NCBI RefSeq assembly: GCF_000014785.1
Contig: NC_008340.1
Coordinates: 1,800,001-1,832,000 of the forward strand
From: Alkalilimnicola ehrlichii MLHE-1
GTDB lineage: Bacteria; Pseudomonadota; Gammaproteobacteria; Nitrococcales; Halorhodospiraceae
Direction of reading: 5' to 3'
Length of the DNA: 32,000 nucleotides
Part shown: positions 18,823 through 27,981 of the stretch, piece by piece
How the letters are laid out: each line of letters begins with the position of its first letter
Numbering within the stretch: position 1 is the stretch's first letter
Notes under the pieces: model-generated
What the model saw: the letters and a program-made list of their open reading frames with translations, nothing else
What the model was told of the DNA's origin: nothing
The model's database searches: none
Translations under genes and position numbers: made by a program

Positions 18823-21468
18823 ATGACGGATCACAAGCAGCGTGCGGCGGTGAAGCTCAGCGACTACACCCCGCCCGCGTTCCGGGTGGAGCATATCGAC
18901 CTGTACTTCTCCCTCGGCGAGGAGTACACCCGGGTGCGCTCGCGGATGCGGCTGTGCCGTGCCGAGGGCACCGACCCGCACACCCCACTGCACCTGGATG
19001 GCGAGGCCCTGGAGTTGGAGGCGCTTTACCTGGACGGCCAGGCGCTGGCGATCGACGACTACCTGCTTACCCGGCAGGGGCTGACCATTGAGCGCGTGCC
19101 CGACCGGTTCGAGCTGGAGGTGCACACCCTCCTCCGGCCCCAGGACAACACCGCGCTGTCCGGCCTGTATCGCTCCGGTGGCATGTTCTGCACCCAATGC
19201 GAGGCGGAGGGCTTCCGGCGAATCACCTACTACCCCGACCGTCCGGACGTGCTCAGCCGCTTTACCACCACCATCGAGGCCGACCGCGAGCGCTACCCGG
19301 TGCTTCTATCCAATGGCAACGCCGTGGACCGCGGCGAGAGCGAGGGGGGCCGCCACTGGGTCCGCTGGGACGACCCCTGGCCCAAGCCCAGCTACCTCTT
19401 CGCGCTGGTGGCGGGGGACCTGCACTGCCACCGCGACCGCTACCGCACCGCCTCCGGTCGCGACGTGCAACTGGCCTTCTACGTGGAGCACGCAAACGCC
19501 GGACGCACCGGCCACGCCATGGAGAGCCTCAAGCGCGCCATGCGCTGGGACGAGGAGACCTACGGCCTGGAGTACGACCTGGACATCTACATGGTCGTGG
19601 CCGTGGGCGACTTCAACATGGGCGCCATGGAGAACAAAGGGCTCAACATCTTCAACACCCAGTACGTCCTGGCCAGCCCGGAGACCGCCACCGACGCCGA
19701 TTTCGAGGCGGTGGAGGCGGTGATCGGCCACGAGTATTTTCACAACTACACCGGCAACCGGGTGACCTGCCGCGACTGGTTCCAGCTCAGTCTCAAGGAA
19801 GGTCTGACGGTCTTCCGCGAGCAGCAGTTCAGCGAGGCGATGGGCTCACCGGCGGTGCAGCGCATCCAGCAGGTGCGCCTGCTGCGCTCGGCCCAATTCC
19901 CGGAAGACGCCAGCCCCATGGCCCATCCGGTCCGGCCCGACGCCTACGTCGAGATCAACAACTTCTACACCGCCACGGTCTACATCAAAGGCGCGGAAGT
20001 GATCCGCATGTACCACACCCTGCTGGGCGACGGCGCCTTCCGCAACGGTGTGCGCCGTTACCTGGAGCGCTTTGACGGCCAAGCAGTGACCATCGAGGAC
20101 TTCCTCCAGACCATGGCCGAGACCGGTGGCCGGGACCTCACCCAGTTCGGGCGCTGGTACACCCAGGCCGGCACACCCCGCCTGCGAGTGCGCGATGCCT
20201 TCGACGCGGACGCCGGGCGTTACACCCTGCGCGTAGTGCAGGAGTGCCCGCCCACCCCTGGTCAGCCGGCAAAGCAGCCGTTCCACATCCCGCTGGCGAT
20301 GGGCCTGGTGGGACGGGACGGGCAGGCGCTCCCCCTGCGGCTGGCCGGCGAGCCCGAGGGCCAGGCCACGACCCGGGTGCTGGAGTTGACCCGCTCGGAG
20401 CAGGCTTTCGTCTTCGAGGGCCTGGCCGAGCGGCCGGTGCCCTCCCTGCTGCGGGGCTTTTCCGCGCCAGTCATCCTCGACTACGACTACAGCGACGACG
20501 ACCTGGCCTTCCTGCTCACCCACGACAGCGATGCCTTTGCCCGCTGGGAGGCCGGTCAGCAGCTCGCCGTGCGGGTGATCCTGCGCCGGGTGCACGGCGA
20601 GCGTCGGGAGGAGGACCTGGACAAGCTCCGGCGCGCCTTTGCGGGGGTGTTGGAGCATCCCGGGCTCGACGCCTCATTGGCGGCCGAGGCCCTCGCCCTG
20701 CCTCAGGAGACCTACCTGGCGCAGCAGCTCGAGCAGGCCGATCCCGTGGCCATCCGGGCAGCGCGCGAGGGCGTGCGCGCGGAACTGGCGGGCGCCCTGG
20801 CCGCCACCTGGCGGACCGTCTATAGCCGCTACCGGCCCCAGGGCCCATGGCGGCTCGAACCGGCGGCTATTGCCGGACGGCGCTTGGCCAATCTCGCCCT
20901 CGGCTACCTGGCGGCCACCGGCGCGGCCGAGGACGATGAGCGGGTCGAGCGTCAATACCACCAAGCCGACAACATGACCGACAGCCTAGCCGCCCTCAGC
21001 CTGTTGGCCGACCGCGACGACGCCGCAGCGCAGGCCGCCCTGGACGACTTCCATCAGCGCTGGCGTCACGTGCCGCTGGTGCTGGACAAGTGGTTCCGGG
21101 TGCAGGCCATGTCGCGTCATCCCGGCGCACTGGCACGGGTCCAGTCCCTGCTCCGGCATCCCGATTTCGACCTGCACAACCCGAACCGGGTCCGCTCGGT
21201 CATCGGGGCCTTCGCCCAGGGCAACCCCGCGGCCTTTCACGACTCCAGCGGCGAGGGGTACCGCCTGCTGGCCGACCACATCCTGAGACTGGATACTCTC
21301 AATCCCCAAGTCGCCGCGCGGATGGCGCTGCCCTTGAGCAAGTGGCAACGTTACGATCTGCCGAGGCAGCAGATAATGAAAACCGAACTCCAACGGATCG
21401 CTGAGGCCCCTTCGCTGTCGAACGACGTGTACGAGGTGGTCTCCCGCAGTCTGGAGAACATCGCCTGA
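18823..21468 (+). CDS. pepN: Aminopeptidase N (M1 family)
   Basis: MTDHKQRAAVKLSDYTPP...; GAMENKGLN, VIGHEYFHNYTGNRVTCRDWFQLSLKEGLTVFREQQF (HExxH-x18-E) as in PepN. Confidence 0.97.
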   Translation: MTDHKQRAAVKLSDYTPPAFRVEHIDLYFSLGEEYTRVRSRMRLCRAEGTDPHTPLHLDGEALELEALYLDGQALAIDDYLLTRQGLTIERVPDRFELEVHTLLRPQDNTALSGLYRSGGMFCTQCEAEGFRRITYYPDRPDVLSRFTTTIEADRERYPVLLSNGNAVDRGESEGGRHWVRWDDPWPKPSYLFALVAGDLHCHRDRYRTASGRDVQLAFYVEHANAGRTGHAMESLKRAMRWDEETYGLEYDLDIYMVVAVGDFNMGAMENKGLNIFNTQYVLASPETATDADFEAVEAVIGHEYFHNYTGNRVTCRDWFQLSLKEGLTVFREQQFSEAMGSPAVQRIQQVRLLRSAQFPEDASPMAHPVRPDAYVEINNFYTATVYIKGAEVIRMYHTLLGDGAFRNGVRRYLERFDGQAVTIEDFLQTMAETGGRDLTQFGRWYTQAGTPRLRVRDAFDADAGRYTLRVVQECPPTPGQPAKQPFHIPLAMGLVGRDGQALPLRLAGEPEGQATTRVLELTRSEQAFVFEGLAERPVPSLLRGFSAPVILDYDYSDDDLAFLLTHDSDAFARWEAGQQLAVRVILRRVHGERREEDLDKLRRAFAGVLEHPGLDASLAAEALALPQETYLAQQLEQADPVAIRAAREGVRAELAGALAATWRTVYSRYRPQGPWRLEPAAIAGRRLANLALGYLAATGAAEDDERVERQYHQADNMTDSLAALSLLADRDDAAAQAALDDFHQRWRHVPLVLDKWFRVQAMSRHPGALARVQSLLRHPDFDLHNPNRVRSVIGAFAQGNPAAFHDSSGEGYRLLADHILRLDTLNPQVAARMALPLSKWQRYDLPRQQIMKTELQRIAEAPSLSNDVYEVVSRSLENIA

Positions 21469-21530
21469 CCCCATGGCACAACCCCGGCGGACGGCGCCAA
21501 GCCGCCCTGGGCATGCATTGGACTGAATCT

Positions 21531-23639
21531 ATGAAACGGCAAGTCATACGCCCCGCCCTGGTCATCGCCGGCATACTGCTGGCCCTGGTCCTGGTCATCA
21601 GCGGTAACGATGGCCCCGGGCGCCCGGCACCGGCGGTCGCCCACTCGGAGCTGGCCCCTGATTCGGAGCAACGGGAGAAGGCCAGCGTCATCGCCGACCT
21701 GCTCACCCGCTACCACTATCGCGGCCAGCCGTTGGATGCCGGGCTCTCGGAGCGGGTTTTCGACGCCTGGCTGGACCAGCTCGACCGAGAGCGCTTTTAC
21801 CTGCTCCAAGAGGACATTGACGCCTTCGATGAGCACCGGATCGGGCTCCACGAGCAGCTCCGCCACGGCGATCTCAGCGTGCCCTTCGCTCTCTATGAGC
21901 GTTACCGCGAGCGTGTGGCCGAGCGCACCGAATATGCCATCGGGCTGCTGGAGGCCGGTCTGGACTTCGACACCGACCTGCGCTTTGAGCAGGACCGCAG
22001 GGACGCCGACTGGGCCGAATCCCGGGAGGCCCTCGACCGGCTCTGGCGCAAGCGCGTCACCCATGATGCCCTCACCCAGAAGCTGGCGGGCCGTGACGAG
22101 GAGCAGGTCATCCAGACCCTCACTCAGCGCTACGAACGCATCCGCCGCACCACCGAGCAGGAGAGCGGCGAGGATGTGTTCCAGCGCTACATGGACGCCT
22201 GGGCACACGCCTTCGATCCGCATAGCAGCTACCTCTCGCCGCGTCGCTCCGAGGACTTCGACATCAATATGAGTCTCTCGCTGGAGGGCATCGGTGCGAT
22301 GCTGCAGAGCGAGCACGACTTCGTCACCATCGTCGAGCTGGTGCCGGGCGGCCCGGCCGCCCAGAGTGAGGCGCTCTCACCCGGCGACCGCATTATCGGT
22401 GTCGCCGAGGGCGAGGACGGTGAGATGAAGGACGTGGTCGGCTGGCGCCTGTCCGACGTGGTCGATCTCATCCGCGGTCCGCGCGGCTCGGTCGTGTGCC
22501 TGCTGGTCCTGCCCGAGGCGGGCAGTGGTAACGCCACGCCCCGCGAGGTGGTCCTGGAGCGCAACGAGATCAAGCTCGAGGACCAGGCGGCCAGCGCCGA
22601 GGTCATCGAGGTACCGGGTGAGGGGAGTGGCAAGGATCGCATCGGGGTAATCACAATCCCTGCCTTCTACATGGATTTCGAGGCGGCCGAGGCAGGCGAT
22701 CCGGACTACCGCAGCACCACCCGCGATGTCCGTCGGTTGCTCAACGAGCTCAAGGAAGGGGGCATTGACGGCCTGGTGCTCGATCTGCGCGGCAACTCCG
22801 GGGGCTCGCTGCGGGAGGCCGCGTCACTGTCCGGCCTGTTTATGGGCGGCGGCCCCATTGTCCAGGTTCGCCGCAGCAGCGGCGAGCTGGAGGTGCTCCG
22901 CGGCGGTGACCGCGCTAATTCCGCACCGCTCTACGATGGCCCGCTGGGGGTGATGGTGGACGGGTTCAGCGCCTCCGCCTCGGAGATTTTGGCCGGGGCC
23001 ATCCAGGACTACGGCCGGGGCGTGATCATGGGCAAGGACACCTTTGGCAAGGGCACCGTGCAGACCATGATCAACCTGGACCGCTTTGGCCTGGGCAACG
23101 GCGAGGACGGCGCCGGGCGGCTCAAACTGACGGTGGCCAAGTTCTACCGTGTCACCGGCGACAGCACCCAGAAGAAAGGGGTGCAGCCCGATATCATCCT
23201 GCCCTCGCCCATTGATGCGTCGGAGTTCGGCGAACGCGGCATCGACAATGCCCTGCCCTGGAACCAGATCTCTGCGGTCGACTACCGGCGCGACGACACG
23301 CTGGAGGAGCTCATCCCCGCCCTGCGCAGCCGGTACCAGACCCGGGCGGAGGACGATCCGCAGTTCCAGGCCCTGCTGCGTGACTTCGAGTACCAGCTCC
23401 AGCGGCGTGAGCGGACCGATGTCTCCCTCAACGAGACAACCCGGAAGCAGGAGCGGGACGCCGAGGAGCAGGAGCGGCTGGCACTGCACAATGCCCGTCG
23501 GGAGGCCGCCGGGTTGGAGCCGCTGGAGGACGCCGAATCCAGGGATGACGATGAGCTGCCCGATGTACTCCTGGAGGCGGCCGCCTCGGTCATCGCCGAC
23601 TTGAGACGGTTGCAGGCCGCCTATATGGCGCAGCGCTGA
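21531..23639 (+). CDS. prc: Carboxy-terminal processing protease / tail-specific protease (S41)
   Basis: N-terminal signal anchor; DPHSSYLSPRRSEDFDINMSLSLEGIGA; PDZ; VDGFSASASEILAGAIQDYGRGVIMG(K)DTFGKGTVQ Ser/Lys active site; C-terminal Tsp domain. An ATG at 21513 is an alternative start. Confidence 0.94.
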   Translation: MKRQVIRPALVIAGILLALVLVISGNDGPGRPAPAVAHSELAPDSEQREKASVIADLLTRYHYRGQPLDAGLSERVFDAWLDQLDRERFYLLQEDIDAFDEHRIGLHEQLRHGDLSVPFALYERYRERVAERTEYAIGLLEAGLDFDTDLRFEQDRRDADWAESREALDRLWRKRVTHDALTQKLAGRDEEQVIQTLTQRYERIRRTTEQESGEDVFQRYMDAWAHAFDPHSSYLSPRRSEDFDINMSLSLEGIGAMLQSEHDFVTIVELVPGGPAAQSEALSPGDRIIGVAEGEDGEMKDVVGWRLSDVVDLIRGPRGSVVCLLVLPEAGSGNATPREVVLERNEIKLEDQAASAEVIEVPGEGSGKDRIGVITIPAFYMDFEAAEAGDPDYRSTTRDVRRLLNELKEGGIDGLVLDLRGNSGGSLREAASLSGLFMGGGPIVQVRRSSGELEVLRGGDRANSAPLYDGPLGVMVDGFSASASEILAGAIQDYGRGVIMGKDTFGKGTVQTMINLDRFGLGNGEDGAGRLKLTVAKFYRVTGDSTQKKGVQPDIILPSPIDASEFGERGIDNALPWNQISAVDYRRDDTLEELIPALRSRYQTRAEDDPQFQALLRDFEYQLQRRERTDVSLNETTRKQERDAEEQERLALHNARREAAGLEPLEDAESRDDDELPDVLLEAAASVIADLRRLQAAYMAQR

Positions 23640-23651
23640 TCCACTCCCCTC

Positions 23652-23684
23652 GGTCCGCCCGGTGGGCGCCGGGCGGGCCCCTTT
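23652..23684 (+). terminator. Hairpin after prc, possible terminator
   Basis: 11-bp stem GGTCCGCCCGG/CCGGGCGGGCC (one G-T pair), 6-nt loop, then CCTTT. Confidence 0.45.
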
Positions 23685-23719
23685 CCGGCCCCCATATCAG
23701 AACAACAAGAGGATAGAGC

Positions 23720-24847
23720 ATGGCCGAGCAACAGGCCGCCTTCCAAGCGCAGGTGTTACCGGCCCGCGATGACGGGCCTGGCATCGGGGTGGCCACCCTC
23801 ACCGCCCCGCGTAAGCTCAACGCCCTGGACCTGGGCATGATTCAAGCCCTGAGCCGGCAATTGGAGGCCTGGGCCCGCGATCCGGCGGTGGCCTGTGTGG
23901 TCCTGGAGGGCGAGGGGGAACGGGCCTTCTGCGCGGGCGGTGACGTACGCGCCGTGGCCGAGGCCCTGCGCGGCAACCGCCCGGCGGGACTGGCCTTCGC
24001 CGAGCAGTATTTCAGCGCAGAGTACCGCCTGGATCACCAACTGCACGTCTACCCCAAGCCATTGCTGGTGCGGGGACAGGGTGTGGTCATGGGCGGCGGA
24101 CTGGGCCTGTTCCAGGGCGGCGACGTGCGCGTGCTCACCCCCACGTCCACCCTGGCCATGCCCGAGATCACCATCGGTCTCTTCCCCGACGTCGGGGCCG
24201 CGTGGTTCCTGCAGCGCACCCCACCCGGGACCGGCGAATACGCCGCCTTGACCGGCGCCCGGCTCAACGCCGCAGACGCCCTCTTCATGGGCCTGGGCGA
24301 CCTGGTCCTGCCCGAGGATCACCGGGGGGCGCTGCTGGAGGCACTCCAGGCCGTACGCTGGCACAACGAGCCCCGCCGTGACCGGAGCCTGCTCCACCAA
24401 GCCGCGCGCGGGCTGGCGATCCCCCGACCGGAGCTATCCGACTCGCCCGTTCAGGCCCGGGCCGAGCGCATCCGTCAGGTCATGGCCTGGCCCGGCCTGG
24501 GCCAACGGGTGGCCGCCATCCGCGACTCGGCCCGCCACGACCCCTGGCTGGAGGAGAACGCCGAACGCTTCGAGAGCGGCTCGCCGACATCCATTGCCCT
24601 GATCCACGAGCAATTCCAGCGCACGCGGCACCTAGCCCTGCGCGAGTGCTTCCAGCTCGACCTGGTCCTGGCCATCCAGTGCTCCCGGCGGGATGACTTC
24701 CCCGAAGGGGTGCGCGCCCTGCTGCTGGACAAGGACCAGAACCCCCAGTGGCAGTCCGCCACCCTGAGGGAGATCACCCCGGACTGGATCGACGCCCACT
24801 TCGTCTCCCCCTGGCCCGACCAGCCCAACCCGCTGCTGGACCTCTGA
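23720..24847 (+). CDS. Enoyl-CoA hydratase/isomerase family, 3-hydroxyisobutyryl-CoA hydrolase-like
   Basis: FCAGGDVRAV, YPKPLLVRGQGVVMGGGLGL, LAMPEITIGLFPDVGAAWFLQR and the 375 aa length fit HIBYL-CoA hydrolase-like proteins. Confidence 0.87.
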   Translation: MAEQQAAFQAQVLPARDDGPGIGVATLTAPRKLNALDLGMIQALSRQLEAWARDPAVACVVLEGEGERAFCAGGDVRAVAEALRGNRPAGLAFAEQYFSAEYRLDHQLHVYPKPLLVRGQGVVMGGGLGLFQGGDVRVLTPTSTLAMPEITIGLFPDVGAAWFLQRTPPGTGEYAALTGARLNAADALFMGLGDLVLPEDHRGALLEALQAVRWHNEPRRDRSLLHQAARGLAIPRPELSDSPVQARAERIRQVMAWPGLGQRVAAIRDSARHDPWLEENAERFESGSPTSIALIHEQFQRTRHLALRECFQLDLVLAIQCSRRDDFPEGVRALLLDKDQNPQWQSATLREITPDWIDAHFVSPWPDQPNPLLDL

Positions 24848-24860
24848 GCCCACCCCAACT

Positions 24861-24887
24861 GCGAGGGCCGACAGCGACGGCCCTCGC
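24861..24887. terminator. Hairpin downstream of the HIBYL-CoA-hydrolase-like gene
   Basis: Perfect 10-bp stem GCGAGGGCCG/CGGCCCTCGC with 7-nt loop; no T-tract. Confidence 0.45.
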
Positions 24888-24949
24888 CACCCCGGCGGCC
24901 GCCATGCCGCACCGCGGCATTATGCCTCGCTCTCTCATATGGAATTGGT

Positions 24950-24984
24950 CTGACCCGGCCCAAACATGATGGTATAATCATGTT
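24950..24984 (+). promoter_or_regulatory. Putative sigma70-type promoter with overlapping inverted-repeat operator
   Basis: CTGACC (24950-24955), 17-bp spacer, consensus TATAAT (24973-24978). The -10 overlaps the perfect 8-bp inverted repeat AACATGAT(24963-24970)-GGTATA-ATCATGTT(24977-24984). Confidence 0.5.
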
Positions 24985-25144
24985 GCAACGCAATAACACG
25001 AAGTAGCCCTCGCCGGGCAACACGCAGCGGCCCCGCCGCAGCCATACCAACCCAGACCCCAGGCGACGGTGCAACAACTGGCAGGAGGAGCTGACACACG
25101 ATCCGCTGGTTCACGGCAGGCCTTAATGGCCCGGGAGTAACAAC

Positions 25145-25501
25145 ATGTACACGGCGCTGATCAGCCCGCGATACGCCGACCGCATCGAGACCGCCGCCCG
25201 CGAGGCCGGGGGCTTCGTCGCGCGGGGCCTTATGGCCCGGCATCCGGCCCAGCCGGACACCGCCAACTGGTTCTATGCGCTATTGCCCGACCAGGCACCG
25301 GAGGATCCCGAGGTGGTCCCCTACCCTGCAGATGCCGTCATCCACGCCCTGGAAGCGGAGCGGGAGCGCTACCGGGCGATGGCCCGGCAGCATCCGGATA
25401 CCCTGTGGCAGGAGGCCATCCGCGCCCTGGACGACCTGCTCGGGCGCCTCCACCAACAGGCCCCGGAATGCCCCCGCCACCCCATGGCCCAGACGGCCTG
25501 A
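25145..25501 (+). CDS. Small hypothetical protein (118 aa)
   Basis: Complete ORF with GGGAG about 7 nt before the ATG. I recognise no family motif. Confidence 0.55.
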   Translation: MYTALISPRYADRIETAAREAGGFVARGLMARHPAQPDTANWFYALLPDQAPEDPEVVPYPADAVIHALEAERERYRAMARQHPDTLWQEAIRALDDLLGRLHQQAPECPRHPMAQTA

Positions 25502-25506
25502 TGCGA

Positions 25507-26364
25507 TCAGGTTGACCCCGGGGCGGCTGTCTCCTGCCCGCCCCGCTCCTCGACCACTGAGGCCGGCCGGTTGGCCTCCACGCCCAGGAAGACATCCCGG
25601 TACGAGACGTACATCAATGCCCCGGCCGCCGGTGCCACCAGCACCCCCGCCCAGCCCAGGCTGAAGGGCACCAGGGCCACCGCCACCAGCAACACCCCTG
25701 CCAGGCCCATCATCGGCACCGGATTGATGGTATAGGCCTGGCTGCTGACCACGGCGGCCGGGTAAACCGGGGCGTTATGCAGCACCAGCATCGGCAGGAG
25801 AAACCACTGACCCAACGCCAGCAGCATCACCAGCAGCACCCCACCGGCCAGGCCCAGCAATGCGCCGAAGATGTACATGGGCCCCATGAAGGCATGGCTT
25901 AAGGGCGGGGCAGCCGGCTCGCCGGTGTCCAGTCTCGGCGACCAATACCCGGCCTGCTCCACCAGCTGCTCGAACCCGACCACCGCAGGCTGCAACGCCA
26001 ACAGGGCGGTGCCGTGCAGGGCGGAGAGAATGGCGGCCATCGCCAGGGCGATCAGGCAGTCCCGGTTGCCCGGCAGTACCAGGCCCCCACGGGCCGGCTT
26101 ACTGAAATCGGCCACCAGCGCCAGGCGGATGAACAGCAGCAGGCTCAACGGCGCCAGGGCCAGGGTTCCCAGGGTGCGCAGCACGCCCCACGTCGCCTGC
26201 TGGCTGACGAAGTGCAGCAGCACCACCGCCGCGGTCCACGCCAACCAGGCCAGCGGACGACGACGGATCAACTCGGCGGCCTGGCCCACCCACCCCTGCC
26301 AGGCATCCGGCTCGACTTGACGAGGTCCCAGTGCTCCCATGGGGCGCCATTGCGGCCTATCCAC
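25507..26364 (-). CDS. Hypothetical multi-pass membrane protein
   Basis: 285 aa with several hydrophobic segments (LAWLAWTAAVVLLHF, LGTLALAPLSLLLFIRLALVA, FGALLGLAGGVLLVMLLALGQWFLLPMLVLH, GLAGVLLVAVALVPF). Start could be GTG 26364 or ATG 26340. Confidence 0.7.
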   Translation of the reverse strand: MDRPQWRPMGALGPRQVEPDAWQGWVGQAAELIRRRPLAWLAWTAAVVLLHFVSQQATWGVLRTLGTLALAPLSLLLFIRLALVADFSKPARGGLVLPGNRDCLIALAMAAILSALHGTALLALQPAVVGFEQLVEQAGYWSPRLDTGEPAAPPLSHAFMGPMYIFGALLGLAGGVLLVMLLALGQWFLLPMLVLHNAPVYPAAVVSSQAYTINPVPMMGLAGVLLVAVALVPFSLGWAGVLVAPAAGALMYVSYRDVFLGVEANRPASVVEERGGQETAAPGST

Positions 26365-26409
26365 GCTGCCTTGTCAAGCGCCCGCCCTTGACCGACAATA
26401 GTCCGCCCC

Positions 26410-26497
26410 GGAGGGGTGGCTGAGTGGTCGAAAGCGGCGGTCTTGAAAACCGTTGGCCCGCAAGGGCCCGGGGGTTCGAATCCCTCCCCCTCCGCCA
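26410..26497 (+). tRNA. tRNA-Ser (anticodon UGA)
   Basis: Acceptor GGAGGGG/CCCCTCC, anticodon loop CTTGAAA (TGA), long variable arm, T-loop TTCGAAT, encoded CCA at 26495-26497. Confidence 0.96.
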
Positions 26498-26516
26498 GAT
26501 TTGATTCGGCGTTTCC

Positions 26517-27395
26517 CTAGCGTTGCGCAAACAGCGGGACCTGCGCATAACGGGAGTAGCGCGCATTCACCCAAAGCGACAGGGCGATGACCACCCCCCC
26601 GACGGTCAGCCGGAGCAGATCCGCGTCGCGATTCCAGATCAACAGATTGACCACCAGGCCGGCGGGCACCAGGGCGTTATTCATCACCGCCAGGGTCCCC
26701 GCGTCCACCAAACAGGCGCCCCGGTTCCAGAGGTAGAGCCCCAGACCGGACGCCGCGACCCCCAGCCAACCGAGGACCGCCCATTGCACCGGCGTGACGG
26801 GCATCATCGCGCGGTCGCCGAAGACCAGCCAGGCCGGCAGGGTGACCAACAGGGCCCCGACGAAGAAGAGGAAGAAGGACTGGTAGGCGGGCTGCCCGGT
26901 GGGATACCGGCGCAACAGATGCTTGTAGCCCACCTGCCCCGCGGCGAAGGCCAGGTTAGCGAGCTGCAGCAGCAGGAAACCGAACCAGAACCCCTGGCTC
27001 AGGCCCTCGTAACGAATGATCCCCGCCCCCACCACGGCCAACCCGGCGGCCACCAGTGCCACCGGGGCGAACCGCCGGTGGAGGGCGTCGTCCAGGAGGG
27101 TGACGTACAGGGGCGTGGTGATGGTGAACAGTAACACCTCGGGCACGGTGAGGTAGGCGAAGGCGCGATAGAGGCAGAGGTAGGTCACACCGAACTGCAA
27201 CGCCCCCACAGCCAGCATCCCGACCACCAGACCGGGACGGAGTGCGGCCAGACGCATCAGCGGCAGGAAGACCAGCCCACCTAGAAGCACCCGGGTCAGC
27301 ACAGCAAAATCGCTGTCCACCTGACCGCTGAGATACTCACCGATCAGACTGAAAGAGAACGCCCAGAGGGCCGTGACAAAGAGCAGATACCCCAT
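26517..27395 (-). CDS. EamA/DMT-superfamily transporter
   Basis: MGYLLFVTALWAFSFSLIGEYLSG..., about 10 TM segments in duplicated halves, FTITTPLYVTLLDDALHRRF typical of EamA. Start at ATG 27395 is preferred. Confidence 0.85.
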   Translation of the reverse strand: MGYLLFVTALWAFSFSLIGEYLSGQVDSDFAVLTRVLLGGLVFLPLMRLAALRPGLVVGMLAVGALQFGVTYLCLYRAFAYLTVPEVLLFTITTPLYVTLLDDALHRRFAPVALVAAGLAVVGAGIIRYEGLSQGFWFGFLLLQLANLAFAAGQVGYKHLLRRYPTGQPAYQSFFLFFVGALLVTLPAWLVFGDRAMMPVTPVQWAVLGWLGVAASGLGLYLWNRGACLVDAGTLAVMNNALVPAGLVVNLLIWNRDADLLRLTVGGVVIALSLWVNARYSRYAQVPLFAQR

Positions 27396-27507
27396 CGGCT
27401 CCCCTACCCGCGATGATATAGGAATCCGGTTCTGGTGACTGGCGTCAACCCCGGTCAAGTGCGGTATGCTGGTTCTTTCATCCGTACCGCCAGAGGAGGC
27501 CCCGGTC

Positions 27508-27915
27508 ATGCTGACCAAGGAACAGCTGCTCGCCAGCCCACCGGAAGACTACATGAACGACGAGCAGTTGGCCTACTTCCGCCAACTGCTGGAGAAGGAG
27601 CGCAAGGAGATCCTTGAGGGGCTGGAGAGCACCACCCGCCACCTGCGCGACGACAACAGCCGCGAGCCGGACGAGCATGACCGCGCGACGCTGGAGGAGG
27701 AGTACCAGCTCGAGCTGCGCATCCGGGAGCGGGAAACCCGCCTGCTGCGCAAGATCGACCAGGCCCTGCGTCGGATCGAGACCGGCGAGTACGGCTACTG
27801 TGAGGTGACCGGCGAGCCCATCGGGATTCCGCGGCTCCTGGCACGCCCCACCGCCACGCTCAGCATCGAGGCCAAGGAGCGCGCCGAGGTGGAGGAGCGC
27901 ACCCGCCGCTCCTGA
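27508..27915 (+). CDS. dksA: DksA-family RNA polymerase-binding regulator with degenerate zinc finger
   Basis: MLTKEQLLASPPEDYMNDEQLAYFRQLLEKERKEI...REPDEHDRATLEEEYQLELRIRERETRLLRKIDQALRRIETGEYGYCEVTGEPIGIPRLLARPTATLSIEAKERAE; coiled-coil D-x-x-D retained, zinc finger altered. Confidence 0.9.
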   Translation: MLTKEQLLASPPEDYMNDEQLAYFRQLLEKERKEILEGLESTTRHLRDDNSREPDEHDRATLEEEYQLELRIRERETRLLRKIDQALRRIETGEYGYCEVTGEPIGIPRLLARPTATLSIEAKERAEVEERTRRS

Positions 27916-27916
27916 G

Positions 27917-27967
27917 CGCCGGGTACCGCGGGCCCGGCGTTATCATCCCCGGGCGCCGTTGGCGCCC
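27917..27967. terminator. Two adjacent hairpins between convergent genes, possible bidirectional terminator zone
   Basis: CGCCGGG(27917-27923)/CCCGGCG(27933-27939) and GGGCGCC(27951-27957)/GGCGCCC(27961-27967); both perfect 7-bp stems, no strong T-tracts. Confidence 0.45.
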
Positions 27968-27981
27968 CCCCCGCGCGCCCC

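Noticed and set aside
26410-26517. tRNA-Ser as an attachment site for an integrative element
   Set aside because: No integrase, no repeated tRNA 3' end seen nearby, and the flanking genes look like ordinary chromosomal genes.
26357-26574. Short ORFs over the tRNA-Ser locus
   Set aside because: They are read-through of tRNA sequence; the cloverleaf with encoded CCA explains the region.
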